Of a stretch of 46,572 nt of DNA, positions 29,257-39,298 are shown piece by piece. The DNA is from Thermotogota bacterium (lineage in GTDB: Bacteria > Bipolaricaulota > Bipolaricaulia > UBA7950 > UBA9294), in the NCBI GenBank assembly GCA_039679545.1, contig JBDKUT010000125.1, positions 1 through 46,572 on the forward strand, written 5' to 3'. Below the pieces are notes generated by a model. That model was given only the letters and a program-made list of their open reading frames with translations. It did not search any database and had not been told where the DNA came from. Each line of letters begins with the position of its first letter. Positions within the stretch are counted from its first letter, which is position 1. The position numbers were made by a program, and so were the translations under genes.

Positions 29257-30621
29257 CTACGATTTCGCACTCACGACCGCCGGTTCAGCGGACGACTCTG
29301 CTGTCGGTGCGTCGTGGTCGGGGAGCGTCGTCTCGACGTCACGCAGCGGACGGTAGACGTACCCGATCAGCGCGGCGATGGCCGCCAGGAGCCCCGCGAA
29401 GACGAGCATGAGCGCCATCCCCGCTCCGGGTCCGGTACCGACGAGCGAGCCAAACGTGCCCGCGAGCCCACCGCCGGAGCGCATCCCCGGCTCGAACACC
29501 CGATCGGCAAGAGGACCTGCAAGGAGCATCGCGAGCGGTGTGCCCATCTGCGCCAGCATCAGGCGGACCGAGAAGACCCGCCCCTGAAGATCGGGAGGGA
29601 CCTTCGACTGCCAGATGGTTTGGCTCGACGCGTTCACCGTCGGGAAGATCATCGACATGAGGAACATCGCCCCCGCCCACACGGGCAGCGATTGTCCGAC
29701 GCCAACACCCACGAGCCCGATCAGGCCGCCGAGTGCGCACCCCGTCAAGACCCCATGCACGCGGCGTTTGGGCCCTCCCCACAGGCTGAGGAGGACTCCG
29801 CCGATCACGCCGCCGATCCCGGCCGCTGACTGAACGCTCCCGAGGAGCACGGCGTTGTCTTGCGTGCGGGCAAGCACCATCGGCGCGAGAACCGTGAAAC
29901 CGAACGACGTGGTCACGTTGAACAGAAAGAACATGCACAACAGGCCCAGGAGACCGTGTCGGGCCGCGATGTAGCGGAAACCGAAGCCCGCTTCGCGCCA
30001 GATGCTGCTGCGCGCCTTCTCCCCCTCCACCGACCTCGCGGGCTGCGGGATTCGGGCGAAGAGAAGGATCGTAATCGCCGTCGTCATCGTGGCCAGATCG
30101 ACGCCGAGGATGCCGGGAATACCGATCGGCGCGAGCAAGATTCCCGCAGCAATGGGCCCAAACACTCCCGACACGGATCCGGCAAGCGACATCATCCCGC
30201 TCGCCCGCGCGTACTGCTTCTTGTCAACGAGCACGCTGATCGTTGCGGAGTACGCCGGGAACTGAAACGCCCCGAACGCCCCGATGCACGCGACCACAGC
30301 GTACAGGTGCCAGATCTCGAGCACTCCCGAGACGTAGAGGAGGAGGATCGTCAGCGTCCCGAGGCCCGCCGCGAGATCGGACAGGATCATCAGGAGCTTG
30401 CGGTTGGCGCGATCGACAATCGCTCCCGCCAGAGGGCTCAGCAAGATGACGGGGGCGAACCCGCAGATGCCGGCGATCGTCATCGTCGTTACCTGGTGCG
30501 TCTGCCCCCACACCCAGTACATCATCGCGAACTGGGTCATGCCCGTTCCGAGCATCGACAGGAGCTGTCCGCTCCAGATCGCGGTGAACGTCCCCATCCC
30601 CTTCCACTCTTCCCGTCTCAT
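29257..30621 (-). CDS. MFS exporter (Mef/DHA3-like)
   Basis: WSGQLLS, GAIVDRANRK, QSKVPPDLQGRVFS. Confidence 0.88.
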   Translation of the reverse strand: MRREEWKGMGTFTAIWSGQLLSMLGTGMTQFAMMYWVWGQTHQVTTMTIAGICGFAPVILLSPLAGAIVDRANRKLLMILSDLAAGLGTLTILLLYVSGVLEIWHLYAVVACIGAFGAFQFPAYSATISVLVDKKQYARASGMMSLAGSVSGVFGPIAAGILLAPIGIPGILGVDLATMTTAITILLFARIPQPARSVEGEKARSSIWREAGFGFRYIAARHGLLGLLCMFFLFNVTTSFGFTVLAPMVLARTQDNAVLLGSVQSAAGIGGVIGGVLLSLWGGPKRRVHGVLTGCALGGLIGLVGVGVGQSLPVWAGAMFLMSMIFPTVNASSQTIWQSKVPPDLQGRVFSVRLMLAQMGTPLAMLLAGPLADRVFEPGMRSGGGLAGTFGSLVGTGPGAGMALMLVFAGLLAAIAALIGYVYRPLRDVETTLPDHDAPTAESSAEPAVVSAKS

Positions 30622-30799
30622 CGCGCTCTCCTTGCTGCACTCGGCGGCGCCCGCATCGGCTGTCCGCTCACTGCCCGTGAGTCGCTCTCTCTGCTTCCAG
30701 GGTTCTCTTCCCCCGTCGCGGCACTGTCTCCTGATGCGGAAGCGCTCACAGCATGCTCATTCCATCCGCGGCGGCCGCAGCCCCAGGCGGCGAATCGCC

Positions 30800-30834
30800 A
30801 GTATACGCAACAGTGTGTTGTTACACAACAACTG
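30800..30834 (-). promoter_or_regulatory. Putative promoter with overlapping inverted repeat upstream of the MFS gene
   Basis: Minus strand TTGTGT, 17 nt, TATACT (30805-30800); inverted repeat TGTTGT-tac-ACAACA (30816-30830) flanked by CAGT/ACTG. Confidence 0.5.
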
Positions 30835-30901
30835 GCACTTCGCCCCTGAACCGGCGGCACGCTACACAGAGCAGCCTCGCCGCGAAGCTAGTCGCCGTCG
30901 G

Positions 30902-31834
30902 TCACAGCCGCTTGATCAGCAAGTCCTCCGTATACCCGTCCACCGCGACGTCCACGACGCCGTACGTCGTGTAGCCCAACCTGTGGAAGAACCCAGGCGA
31001 TTGGAACGAGAGGCCGTGGGCGCTCACCGCACTGCAACCTGCTTCCTTTGCGATCCGCTCCGCCTCCACGAGGAGTCGGCGCCCGTACCCCTGGCCACGG
31101 AAGCGCTCGTCGATCCAGATGGCCTCGAGCACCATGTTCCGAATCGTCGTGAACGCGTCGAGACCGCCGACCACTCGGCCTGCTGGGTCCTTCAGCGCCA
31201 GACGAACGGCGATCCCCGGGGTATCCATCTCCTCCCCGGCGTTGCGCATGCAGAACTGGTGGAACCCGCGCCCGACGACACGCATGTCGTCTTGCGACGG
31301 CGCGGCCAGGAGCGTGAACCCCTCGCGGCGGAGACGTGCGATCCGGTCCGCAGTTTTGGCGACCGACTTCTCGTCGGGAAGCCGCTTAGCCAACACGTGC
31401 TCGGTGACGCCGAACGGGTATCCAGTGTAGATGCCGCGAAGCTCGTAGCCGATCGTCGGATAGAACTCCGGCCCCTGCCAGTTGAACGTCCAGGTGCCGG
31501 CACCGACGCAGCCCTTCTCGTACGCAGTCCGCTCTGCTTCGAGGACGAGCCAACTCGCGAGCCCGCGCCGCCGGAACTCGTCCGCGACGTAGAGGACCTC
31601 GAGCCACATCACCCCGAGGACCGAGCTGACACTGACTCCGCCTGCGATTTCCCCGTCTCGATCCTTCACAGCGAGGTCAAACGCAAGGCCGGATTTGCCC
31701 TCGCCGAGGCAGTCGAAGCGCCCGTCCGTTGCTTCTTGATTGAAACGAGCGAATTGGGCTTCGATGAAGTCCGTCTCCTCCTTCGTCGGTTCCATGCAGA
31801 TTGAGAGCTGGTTTCGGGCGGCGCTGCGATTCAT
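30902..31834 (-). CDS. Tandem (two-domain) GNAT acetyltransferase
   Basis: Two motif-A sites (FRRRGLA; FRGQGYG) and two FY/FF..GY motifs; ATG 31834 with RBS GGAGG. Confidence 0.88.
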   Translation of the reverse strand: MNRSAARNQLSICMEPTKEETDFIEAQFARFNQEATDGRFDCLGEGKSGLAFDLAVKDRDGEIAGGVSVSSVLGVMWLEVLYVADEFRRRGLASWLVLEAERTAYEKGCVGAGTWTFNWQGPEFYPTIGYELRGIYTGYPFGVTEHVLAKRLPDEKSVAKTADRIARLRREGFTLLAAPSQDDMRVVGRGFHQFCMRNAGEEMDTPGIAVRLALKDPAGRVVGGLDAFTTIRNMVLEAIWIDERFRGQGYGRRLLVEAERIAKEAGCSAVSAHGLSFQSPGFFHRLGYTTYGVVDVAVDGYTEDLLIKRL

Positions 31835-32053
31835 GGTCGTTCCTCCGTGGCGTACGGCCACGACAACGGCGAGAACGGGGATGGCCGCCGCAGGCGGCAT
31901 CGGACTTGCTCCAACGGAACTCTCTGGCGTCGCTCAAACGGAATGCTACTAGACCCTCCCGCCTCCGGCAACGGGAGTCGGTCGGTGCGCCGGCGTCCAG
32001 ACGCTGCAACCGGCGCGACGTGCGCGAGACGGGCGAGGTCGTACACTGCCGCC

Positions 32054-33091
32054 ATGCCGAGAACCCAGAGAGTCCAAGCATGGCCGGAGGGGTGGATCGA
32101 GCGCGCACCGCGCACGACCGACGTCGATTGTGTCGTAGAGCTTCTGAATGCGCGCTCGCAGAAACTCTACGGCACGGGCCACTCCTCGCGGAGCGACATT
32201 CTGGCCTGGTGGGAGAAGCCCGGACTGGACCTGGCGACCGACCTCCGACTCCTTCTCGATGAGAGAGGCGCCGCGGCAGGGCTGGCGTTCGTCGCGGACG
32301 ACGGCGCGCCGCACGTGAGCTTCGATTGCTCGGCAAGCGTGCACCCGCGCTACGAGGCTGACACGCGGCTCTGGGACTCGCTCTTCTCGTGGAGCCTCGA
32401 GCGCGCCATGAAGCTTGTCACGCTCGCCCCGAGGGATCTCCGCGTGGCGGCCATGGCGCAGGCCGCTGTCCAGGATGGACCTCGGCGTGCGGCCCTCGAG
32501 CGGGCGGGCTTCGCGCCCGTCCGCGTCCAGAGTCACATGCGCATCGAACTTGCAGAAGCCGCGGCGGCGACTCCCCGCTGGCCTGCGGGAGTCACCGTCC
32601 GAACCGCGAACCTCGAGACGGATCTCCGCGCCATCGTCGCGCTGTGGCTCGAAGCGTGGCGAGATCACTGGGGCTTCGTCGAGCGGCCGTACGCCGATGC
32701 TTTCGCGACGTTCGTCGCAGAAATCGAGAGCCGCTGCGGCCCCATCGACCCTACGTTGTGGTTCCTCGCGGTCGAGGGAGTGGAGGTTGTGGGCATGTCC
32801 CTCTGTGTCTCCGGGCTCCCGGGCGACCCGACGGGCGCCTACATCTACGATCTCGGCGTGCGACCGGCATGGCGCAAGCGTGGCGTCGCGCTGGCGCTCC
32901 TCCACCACACGTTCGGCGAGTTTCGCCGCCGCGGCTTCTTGGCTGCGGAGCTGGACGTCGACTCCGCGAGCCTGACGGGGGCACTCCGCCTCTACGAGCG
33001 CGCCGGTCTGAGCGTCACACGCCAGGAACTCGACTACGAGCGGGAATTGCGCCCCGGCATTGACGTCGCGACACGGGAGTTGGCGGCGTAG
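32054..33091 (+). CDS. Two-domain GNAT acetyltransferase (MshD-like architecture)
   Basis: SVHPRY, LGVRPAWRKRGVA, LDVDSASLTGALRLYERAG; start reassigned to ATG 32054. Confidence 0.85.
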   Translation: MPRTQRVQAWPEGWIERAPRTTDVDCVVELLNARSQKLYGTGHSSRSDILAWWEKPGLDLATDLRLLLDERGAAAGLAFVADDGAPHVSFDCSASVHPRYEADTRLWDSLFSWSLERAMKLVTLAPRDLRVAAMAQAAVQDGPRRAALERAGFAPVRVQSHMRIELAEAAAATPRWPAGVTVRTANLETDLRAIVALWLEAWRDHWGFVERPYADAFATFVAEIESRCGPIDPTLWFLAVEGVEVVGMSLCVSGLPGDPTGAYIYDLGVRPAWRKRGVALALLHHTFGEFRRRGFLAAELDVDSASLTGALRLYERAGLSVTRQELDYERELRPGIDVATRELAA

Positions 33092-33136
33092 GGAGGTGCA
33101 GACCGGAGGTGTACGCCATCGGCTCGTGGCTCTACG

Positions 33137-33160
33137 GATGCGTCATTGCAGGGCCTGCCC
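33137..33160 (+). repeat. Degenerate copy of repeat family A
   Basis: GATGCGTCATTGCAGGGCCTGCCC; 21/24 identical to the 42690 copy. Confidence 0.6.
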
Positions 33161-33256
33161 AGTAGCTGTTGGCGAGGAAGCTCTCGGAGCTCGGCGGGAG
33201 CCGCTCTCCCTCCGACGCATCATCTGCGGCGTCCTACCAGCTGAAGCTCGGAAGCC

Positions 33257-34237
33257 TCACGGACTCGTGACGACGAAGTCCCCGGTCATGAAGGTAGGGT
33301 GCACGTCGCATCGGAAGAAGTACGTTCCGGGCGCCGAGGGCGCGAAGAACGTGTAGTCCACCACCGCCGAGCCGGCGACGACAATCCCCTGGAAGTACAC
33401 CGTCTGTGTCGCCGCTGAGTCGTAGAGCGCGAAATTGTGCGGAATCCCGGCGTCGGAGTTCGTGAAGTGCAGCGTCACGTACGCACCCGCCGGCACCGTG
33501 ATCGTCGCCACGTCGAACGCCATCTTCTTCGCCGTCAGGTTGACCACGATGGCCGGAGCCACGACGAAATCGCCGGTCATGGTCGCTGGGTGGACGTCGC
33601 AGCGGAAGAAGTACGAACCGGGCGCCGAGGGCGCGAAGAACGTGTAGTCGGCCGTCTGAGCGCCCACAATCTGGGCTCCCTGGAAGAAGGTCGTGGTCGC
33701 CGCCGCGGAGTCGTAGACCGCAATGTTGTGCGGAACTCCATCATCTTGGTTCGCGAAGTGGATGCGGACGAAGGCACCCGCCGGTACCGTGATCGTCGCC
33801 ACGTCGAACGCCATCTGCTGTGCCGCGACATCGATGACCACGGCAGGGACGACGACGAACTGCCCCGTCATCATCCTCGGATGAACATCGCAGCGGAAGA
33901 AGTACGCGCCCGGGGTCGTCGGCGCGGTGAACGTGTAGTCGATCGAGTTCTGGCCCGTGATCCGCTTCCCCTGAAAGATGACGGTCTTCGCCTCGGAGCT
34001 TTCGTAGATCGCAACGTTGTGCGGAATGCCTCCGTCGTTGTTCACGAAGTGAAGCGTCACCGCCGCCCCCGCGGGCACGGTGACAACGGGCTTGTCAAAC
34101 GCGAAGCCTTGCGCTGTGAGCTCCACTGCGAAGGCTTCGGCTCCCATCGCCAGAACGGCCCAGATCCCCACAAGCAGGACCGAGAACGCCAGCCCTGCCA
34201 GCATCTTCGGATTGCGCCGGAGTGTCATGTCTTTCAT
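33257..34237 (-). CDS. Secreted protein with three tandem cupredoxin (type-1 copper) domains
   Basis: Three PHN...YFFRCDVHPxxMTG units; signal peptide; ATG 34237 with RBS AGGAGG. Confidence 0.9.
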   Translation of the reverse strand: MKDMTLRRNPKMLAGLAFSVLLVGIWAVLAMGAEAFAVELTAQGFAFDKPVVTVPAGAAVTLHFVNNDGGIPHNVAIYESSEAKTVIFQGKRITGQNSIDYTFTAPTTPGAYFFRCDVHPRMMTGQFVVVPAVVIDVAAQQMAFDVATITVPAGAFVRIHFANQDDGVPHNIAVYDSAAATTTFFQGAQIVGAQTADYTFFAPSAPGSYFFRCDVHPATMTGDFVVAPAIVVNLTAKKMAFDVATITVPAGAYVTLHFTNSDAGIPHNFALYDSAATQTVYFQGIVVAGSAVVDYTFFAPSAPGTYFFRCDVHPTFMTGDFVVTSP

Positions 34238-34588
34238 CGTCTCCTCCTGTACCCATGGCAGCGCGCCCACCAACTGCGGGCCCAGCGCCCCACTCCGTCG
34301 AGGTCAGTCTACCGCGCCCGCGCCTGATTCGTCTCTCCACAGAAACCAATCGCGGACCCTCGCACCCTTGCCGCGAAGGGCGACACGTGCCCGAGAACCG
34401 ATTTCACCCGTACGTGTGCCGCAGTGACGTACTCCGCCCCGTGACGTTCCATATCGGACCGATCGCGGGCTCGCGCCGCGAGAGCTGGAGCCAAACGCCG
34501 CGAGGATGAAAGCGTCGAAGCCGCCCTGTACCCTCATTGCGAGCCGATCGCGGAGGTCGATCGGCCTGCGGCACGAAGGAGGTTCGTC

Positions 34589-35335
34589 GTGAGTCCCGTC
34601 ATTCTCCGCCCCGGCGCAGCGCCGGTGTATCGGTTCCTCACCATGATCGCCTCGCGACTCGGCGAGGGGGACACGCTCGAAGGGAAGAGCATCCTCGAGT
34701 GCGGCGCGGGCGGCCACGTTCCTCCCCTCGCGCTGTTCGCCCAGCACGGACTCGAGGTCCACGGAGTCGACATCGACGACGAGCAGCTCGCGCGGGCGCG
34801 ACGCTTCTGCAGGGAGAACGGGATTGCCGCCAGCTTCCGCAAGGCCGACATGCGCAGTCTTCCCTACGGCGACGCGTCGTTCGACTACGTCTACGAGCAC
34901 TTCTCGATCTGCCACCTTGACCCGGAGGACACGGCCCGAGCGCTCTCAGAGATGCGGCGCGTCCTCAAGCCCGGCGGCCTCGCCTTCTTCGGCTTCCTGT
35001 CGAAGGACACCTGGCCGCTCTCCTCGTACGGCGACGAGCGCTCGCCCAACGTCTACTGCATGACGACAGAAGACGGCGACGAGCTCTGCCACACGATGCT
35101 CGCAGACCCGGAAGCTGATGGCCTCGCAAAGGATTGGGAAATCCTCCGCAAGGACAAGATCGCGCGCATCGACCGAGAGCGCGCCGAAGAGGTGACCCGC
35201 GACGAATGGCGGTCGCTCCACGCCGAGGCCCGTGTGCCGTGCTCCGAGGCCGCCTGGATGACCCAGTACCCCGAGCGCCAGAACCGGTTCACCGACGTCT
35301 ACGCCTACTACTGCGTAAGGAAGCCGGCCGAGTAG
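34589..35335 (+). CDS. Class I SAM-dependent methyltransferase
   Basis: ILECGAGG, GVDID, ADMRSLPY.DASFD, RVLKPGG. Confidence 0.88.
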   Translation: MSPVILRPGAAPVYRFLTMIASRLGEGDTLEGKSILECGAGGHVPPLALFAQHGLEVHGVDIDDEQLARARRFCRENGIAASFRKADMRSLPYGDASFDYVYEHFSICHLDPEDTARALSEMRRVLKPGGLAFFGFLSKDTWPLSSYGDERSPNVYCMTTEDGDELCHTMLADPEADGLAKDWEILRKDKIARIDRERAEEVTRDEWRSLHAEARVPCSEAAWMTQYPERQNRFTDVYAYYCVRKPAE

Positions 35336-35390
35336 AGGCAGGGCGGCTCGGCCACGGGCACTCTCGAAACCGGGCTGGTGTCCCCGGCTA

Positions 35391-35717
35391 TCAGCGCACG
35401 CTGGAGTACGACGTCGGCTGAAGGATCGAGTTCGTGATCTTGGCAACGATCGGGCCGTCCTTTTCGGTCTCGGCCCGCGCAGCAATCCACTCGGGATCGC
35501 ACATGAACGCCGTCCACTTTGCTTCGCGCTCCGCCAGGCTCTCCCACTCGATCAGGTACGTCAGCGTCTGGTTCGTCTCGCCGATCAGCGTCGTCCAGAA
35601 ACCTACCTGACGAATCCCGTGCTTCGCCCACATCTTGAGCGTGATCGTTTCGAATCGCTTGTGCAGCGCCGGCAGCTTGCCCGGCACACACTCGTAGATA
35701 CGCAGTTCGTGAATCAT
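35391..35717 (-). CDS. NIPSNAP family protein
   Basis: MIHELRIYE..PGKL, HGIRQVGFW, WESLAEREAKW, LQPTSYS. Confidence 0.9.
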   Translation of the reverse strand: MIHELRIYECVPGKLPALHKRFETITLKMWAKHGIRQVGFWTTLIGETNQTLTYLIEWESLAEREAKWTAFMCDPEWIAARAETEKDGPIVAKITNSILQPTSYSSVR

Positions 35718-35856
35718 CGATGCCTCCCCATGGCGGACCGACCGACTCGTGGCGTCCGGCTCGAGTCCTGAGTCTCCCAGGTCCGGCGCCTCGCGACAAG
35801 GCGCAGAGCGGGGCGCACGCGGCAACCTGCTCCCCTGCCCGGGCGATCTCCGCCCG

Positions 35857-35884
35857 AGATAAGGTATATGTCCCCCGAACTGCC
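35857..35884 (+). repeat. Repeat family B, copy 1
   Basis: AGATAAGGTATATGTCCCCCGAACTGCC; 25/28 identical to 36777-36804. Confidence 0.8.
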
Positions 35885-35953
35885 GGCTTCACTCGAGCGC
35901 CGTGTCTCGGGTAGCCTACCGAACAAGTCGATTCGTCGTGGGGAGGGTTCGCT

Positions 35954-36736
35954 GTGAGAATCGTCGATCTAGCCGATGAGCATCTCGACTGCTACTTGGT
36001 CTGTCTCGAGGATTGGTCCGACGAAATGAAGGAGGCCGGCGACCACAAGCGCTGCTGGTACGAGCGCGCAAAGCACGAGGGTCTTCGAGTCAAGCTCGCG
36101 CTCGACGACAAGGGAACCGCCGGCGGGATGATTCAGTACGGACCGATCGAGGCGTCGACTGCCGAGGGGAAGGATCTCTACTTCGTCTACTGCATCTGGG
36201 TCCACGGCTACAAGGAAGGGCGCGGCAACTTCCGGCACCTGGGGATGGGCAAGGCGCTCCTCGAAGCGGCAGAAGAGGACGTCCGCGCCCTTGGGGCGAA
36301 GGGGCTGGCCGCGTGGGGCATCTCACTTCCATTCTGGATGAAGGCCTCGTGGTTTCGGAAGCACGGGTACCGGAAGGTCGACAACCAGGGCGGCCAGATC
36401 CTCTTGTGGAAGCCCTTCCGCCAGGACGCCGTCGCGCCGACGTGGATCCGACCACGGAAGAAGCCGCAAGGAACGCAAGAGCGGGTCACGGTCACGTCGT
36501 TCAAGAACGGTTGGTGCCCGGCACAGAACCTCGTCTACGAGCGGGCGAAGCGCGCGGCCGCGGCGTTCGGAGACCGGGTCGCCTTCCAAGCGTTCGACAC
36601 GTCAGACCGCAGTACGTTCCTCGAGTGGGGCATCTCCGACGCCCTGTTCATCGACGGCAAAGCAGTCCGCACCGGCCCACCGCCGTCGTACGAGAAGCTG
36701 AGGCGCCTCATCGAAAAGCGGCTCCGGAGGTCGTGA
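35954..36736 (+). CDS. GNAT acetyltransferase with thioredoxin-like C-terminal domain
   Basis: YCIWV, FRHLGMGKALL, WFRKHGY, GWCP, LFIDGK..GPP. Confidence 0.85.
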   Translation: MRIVDLADEHLDCYLVCLEDWSDEMKEAGDHKRCWYERAKHEGLRVKLALDDKGTAGGMIQYGPIEASTAEGKDLYFVYCIWVHGYKEGRGNFRHLGMGKALLEAAEEDVRALGAKGLAAWGISLPFWMKASWFRKHGYRKVDNQGGQILLWKPFRQDAVAPTWIRPRKKPQGTQERVTVTSFKNGWCPAQNLVYERAKRAAAAFGDRVAFQAFDTSDRSTFLEWGISDALFIDGKAVRTGPPPSYEKLRRLIEKRLRRS

Positions 36737-36776
36737 CGCTCCTAGAGACTGACGTCACGACCTGCGCCTTGACCGA

Positions 36777-36804
36777 AGATACGGTATGTGTTCCCCGAAC
36801 TGCC
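36777..36804 (+). repeat. Repeat family B, copy 2
   Basis: AGATACGGTATGTGTTCCCCGAACTGCC; direct repeat of 35857-35884. Confidence 0.8.
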
Positions 36805-36814
36805 TCGCTGTCTC

Positions 36815-38704
36815 CTAGCTGCTCGCGGCGCGAGCAGCCAGCTTCCGCGCGATGTACTCGTCGACGAGCCGCTCGAGGATCGGGAACGGCATGGCCCCGC
36901 TTCCGATGACGAGGTCGTGGAACTCGATCAGGCTGAATTGATCGCCCAGCGCAGCTTCCACCTTCTCGCGCAGCGCGACGAACTCAAGCATGCCGATCAT
37001 GTACGACAGCCCCTGCGCCGGGAACCCGACGTAGCGGGCCATGCTCCAGAACTGCGACCCCGCCGGGGCGCCCCGCTCGGTCTCGTAGTACGTGGCCGCC
37101 TGGTTCGCCGACCACCCGAGAGAGTGGATCCCCGTATCCATGACAACGCGGCAGGCGCGCTGGAGCGTGAGGTCAAGGCGCGCAAGGTCCTGGAGAGCAG
37201 TTCCGTAGAGCCCCATCTCAACCGCCAGCCCCTCCGAGTAGAGGGCCCACCCCTCGAGGAACGCCTGCGGCGCCTCGCAGCGCCGGAAGAGCGGCAGGTC
37301 GAGCCCCGCGGCGATCGTCATCTGGAAGTAGTGGCCGGGAACGCCCTCGTGGTAGGCCACGACGGGGACGGACGTGAGGTCGGTGACCCCGCCGTCCATG
37401 TTGACGTAGTAGACGCCCGGCCGTGACCCGTCGATCGCCCCCGGCGCGAAGTAGCAGCTCCCCGATCCGGGAGGCGCGGCGCGGACTTCGAGCGGGTACT
37501 TCGGCGTCAGGCTGCACACCGTCGCGATCGCCGCGTTCGCCAGCGCGAGGGCGCGCTCGTTCTCGGCCAGGTATGCTTGCTGCCCATCCGGCGTCGATAG
37601 ATCGCACGTCGGTTGGTCGGCGTTCGCCGCTCTGCGCAGGTCGAGCATTGGCTGGTCCGGCGAGAGGCCGAGCGCCGCGTACTTGTCCCGCATCTCCGCC
37701 TGGATGCGGCCGACTTCGGCGAGGCCGATCTCGCGAGTCTCCTCCGCCGAGCGGTCGAGGGTCGTCTGGTCGCGCAGCTTGAAGGTGTAGTACGCCTCAC
37801 CATCGGGGAGCGCCGTCGCTCCCCCGACCTCGGGCGTCTTCGACCGGATCTTTTCCATGTGCTTCAGGAGCGCGACGTATCCGGGGATGAACGAGTCTTG
37901 AATGCCTTTGCGCACCGCGGCAGACGCGTCGTTCCTCTCCTGGTCCGACAGCCCCTGCATCGCGGCCAGCCGATCGCGGAACGACGTCCAGATGATCGTC
38001 CCCTCGGGGCGAACCCGAGACGCGGTCACCGAGCCTCCCCCCGAGACGCCCAAGTACTGGCGCAAGCGCGAAGTCACCATGTCGACGGTGAAGCCAGCGG
38101 GCAGGATTCCTCGCTCCTCGCGGTACTCGAGCGCCTCGACGAGCTCCGTCATCTTCGCGTTGACGAGCGACAGGCGGGTGACGTAGTCGTCGAGGTTCTC
38201 CTTCGTGACGAGCGGGTGGTCGTCGGTGAACAAGGTCACGAGCGATGCGTCCACGCTCCAGCCCATGAGGCCGATTCCCGAGATTGGGTAGTCGTGGAAC
38301 GCGTACGGTTCGCCGCGGATCCAGTCGTCGAGGTACCACTCGTAGATGTCGTACGAGAGCTGATCCACCTCGTTCAAGGCCGAGCGATCGTAGGCGTGCA
38401 AGAGGTCGAGGATGCCGCGGTAGAGGGCGTAGTTCTCGAGGATGAACTCGGGCGACACGTCGGTGAGCTTGTCGTTCCGCATCCCAAACGCCGCCGAGAG
38501 TCCGAGGCTTGTCACGTTCTCCGGGTTCCGGAGCAGGATCTCCTTGTACGACGCGTCGAGGAACTCGCGGAACGAAAGTCCGTGCAGCCCCGCGAGCACT
38601 TGATCGAGTGTCCTCGGCTCCGTGCTCCCGCCGTCCACGGGAACCCATGCTCCGAGGGACAGAACCGTCACGCAGACTAAGACTACCGCCAACCGACTCC
38701 GCAT
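36815..38704 (-). CDS. DUF885 family secreted protein (putative metallopeptidase fold)
   Basis: Signal peptide; LPDGEAYY, YHEGVPGHYFQ, EGWALYSE, DTGIH, PAQGLSYMIG; ATG 38704. Confidence 0.92.
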   Translation of the reverse strand: MRSRLAVVLVCVTVLSLGAWVPVDGGSTEPRTLDQVLAGLHGLSFREFLDASYKEILLRNPENVTSLGLSAAFGMRNDKLTDVSPEFILENYALYRGILDLLHAYDRSALNEVDQLSYDIYEWYLDDWIRGEPYAFHDYPISGIGLMGWSVDASLVTLFTDDHPLVTKENLDDYVTRLSLVNAKMTELVEALEYREERGILPAGFTVDMVTSRLRQYLGVSGGGSVTASRVRPEGTIIWTSFRDRLAAMQGLSDQERNDASAAVRKGIQDSFIPGYVALLKHMEKIRSKTPEVGGATALPDGEAYYTFKLRDQTTLDRSAEETREIGLAEVGRIQAEMRDKYAALGLSPDQPMLDLRRAANADQPTCDLSTPDGQQAYLAENERALALANAAIATVCSLTPKYPLEVRAAPPGSGSCYFAPGAIDGSRPGVYYVNMDGGVTDLTSVPVVAYHEGVPGHYFQMTIAAGLDLPLFRRCEAPQAFLEGWALYSEGLAVEMGLYGTALQDLARLDLTLQRACRVVMDTGIHSLGWSANQAATYYETERGAPAGSQFWSMARYVGFPAQGLSYMIGMLEFVALREKVEAALGDQFSLIEFHDLVIGSGAMPFPILERLVDEYIARKLAARAASS

Positions 38705-38822
38705 GATTCCACCCCATTCGAGGAGATGAGGCGTATCGTACACGGGGCGCTGTGTGGAAATTGTGGATGAGGCGGCCTGCCCGCGGAGAGCTCCCTCCCG
38801 GCGAGCAGGCCGCACCCTCGAC

Positions 38823-39203
38823 CTACCCCTGCTCGTGTGCCTCGTCCGAGCCGGCCCGCCGCCGCCAGTTGGCCGCGGTGTAGGCCAGGATGACGATGCC
38901 GATCCCGAGGAACAGCGTCGGGAAGAACCCGAGATCCACGGGCGGCATGGCGAACCACTGCCGCCACACGAAGATCGTCGCCCCTAGAGCGGCCGCGACC
39001 GCTCCCAGGATCGCCGTGAACCGGTTCACGGGAATCCCAGACACCCGACGCGCCAAGTTCAGGACAAGGAGAATCCCGCCAACGCCGAAGAGTCCCGCCC
39101 CTGCCGGTAGATCGGGGACAAGGCTGGCAATGCCCATCCAAAGGAACAGCGCGCTCCATGCCAACGCCTCGTACAGTCCGTTCCGTCGTTCGATGTCTTT
39201 CAT
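38823..39203 (-). CDS. Small four-TM hypothetical membrane protein
   Basis: RBS GGAGGAG; four hydrophobic segments. Confidence 0.75.
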   Translation of the reverse strand: MKDIERRNGLYEALAWSALFLWMGIASLVPDLPAGAGLFGVGGILLVLNLARRVSGIPVNRFTAILGAVAAALGATIFVWRQWFAMPPVDLGFFPTLFLGIGIVILAYTAANWRRRAGSDEAHEQG

Positions 39204-39298
39204 CCGTCTCTCCTCCTATGCTTCTTGTGCTTCGTCTCTGCAACCTTTGTATTCCGCAACCACATACGCAAAAAAAGAAACGCCACCCTAGATGCTTC

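Noticed and set aside
30668..30724. 18-aa uORF MPRRGKRTLEAERATHGQ as a macrolide-sensing leader of the MFS gene
   Set aside because: GTG start only 2-3 nt from the RBS-like AGGAGA; basic motifs arise by chance in GC-rich DNA.
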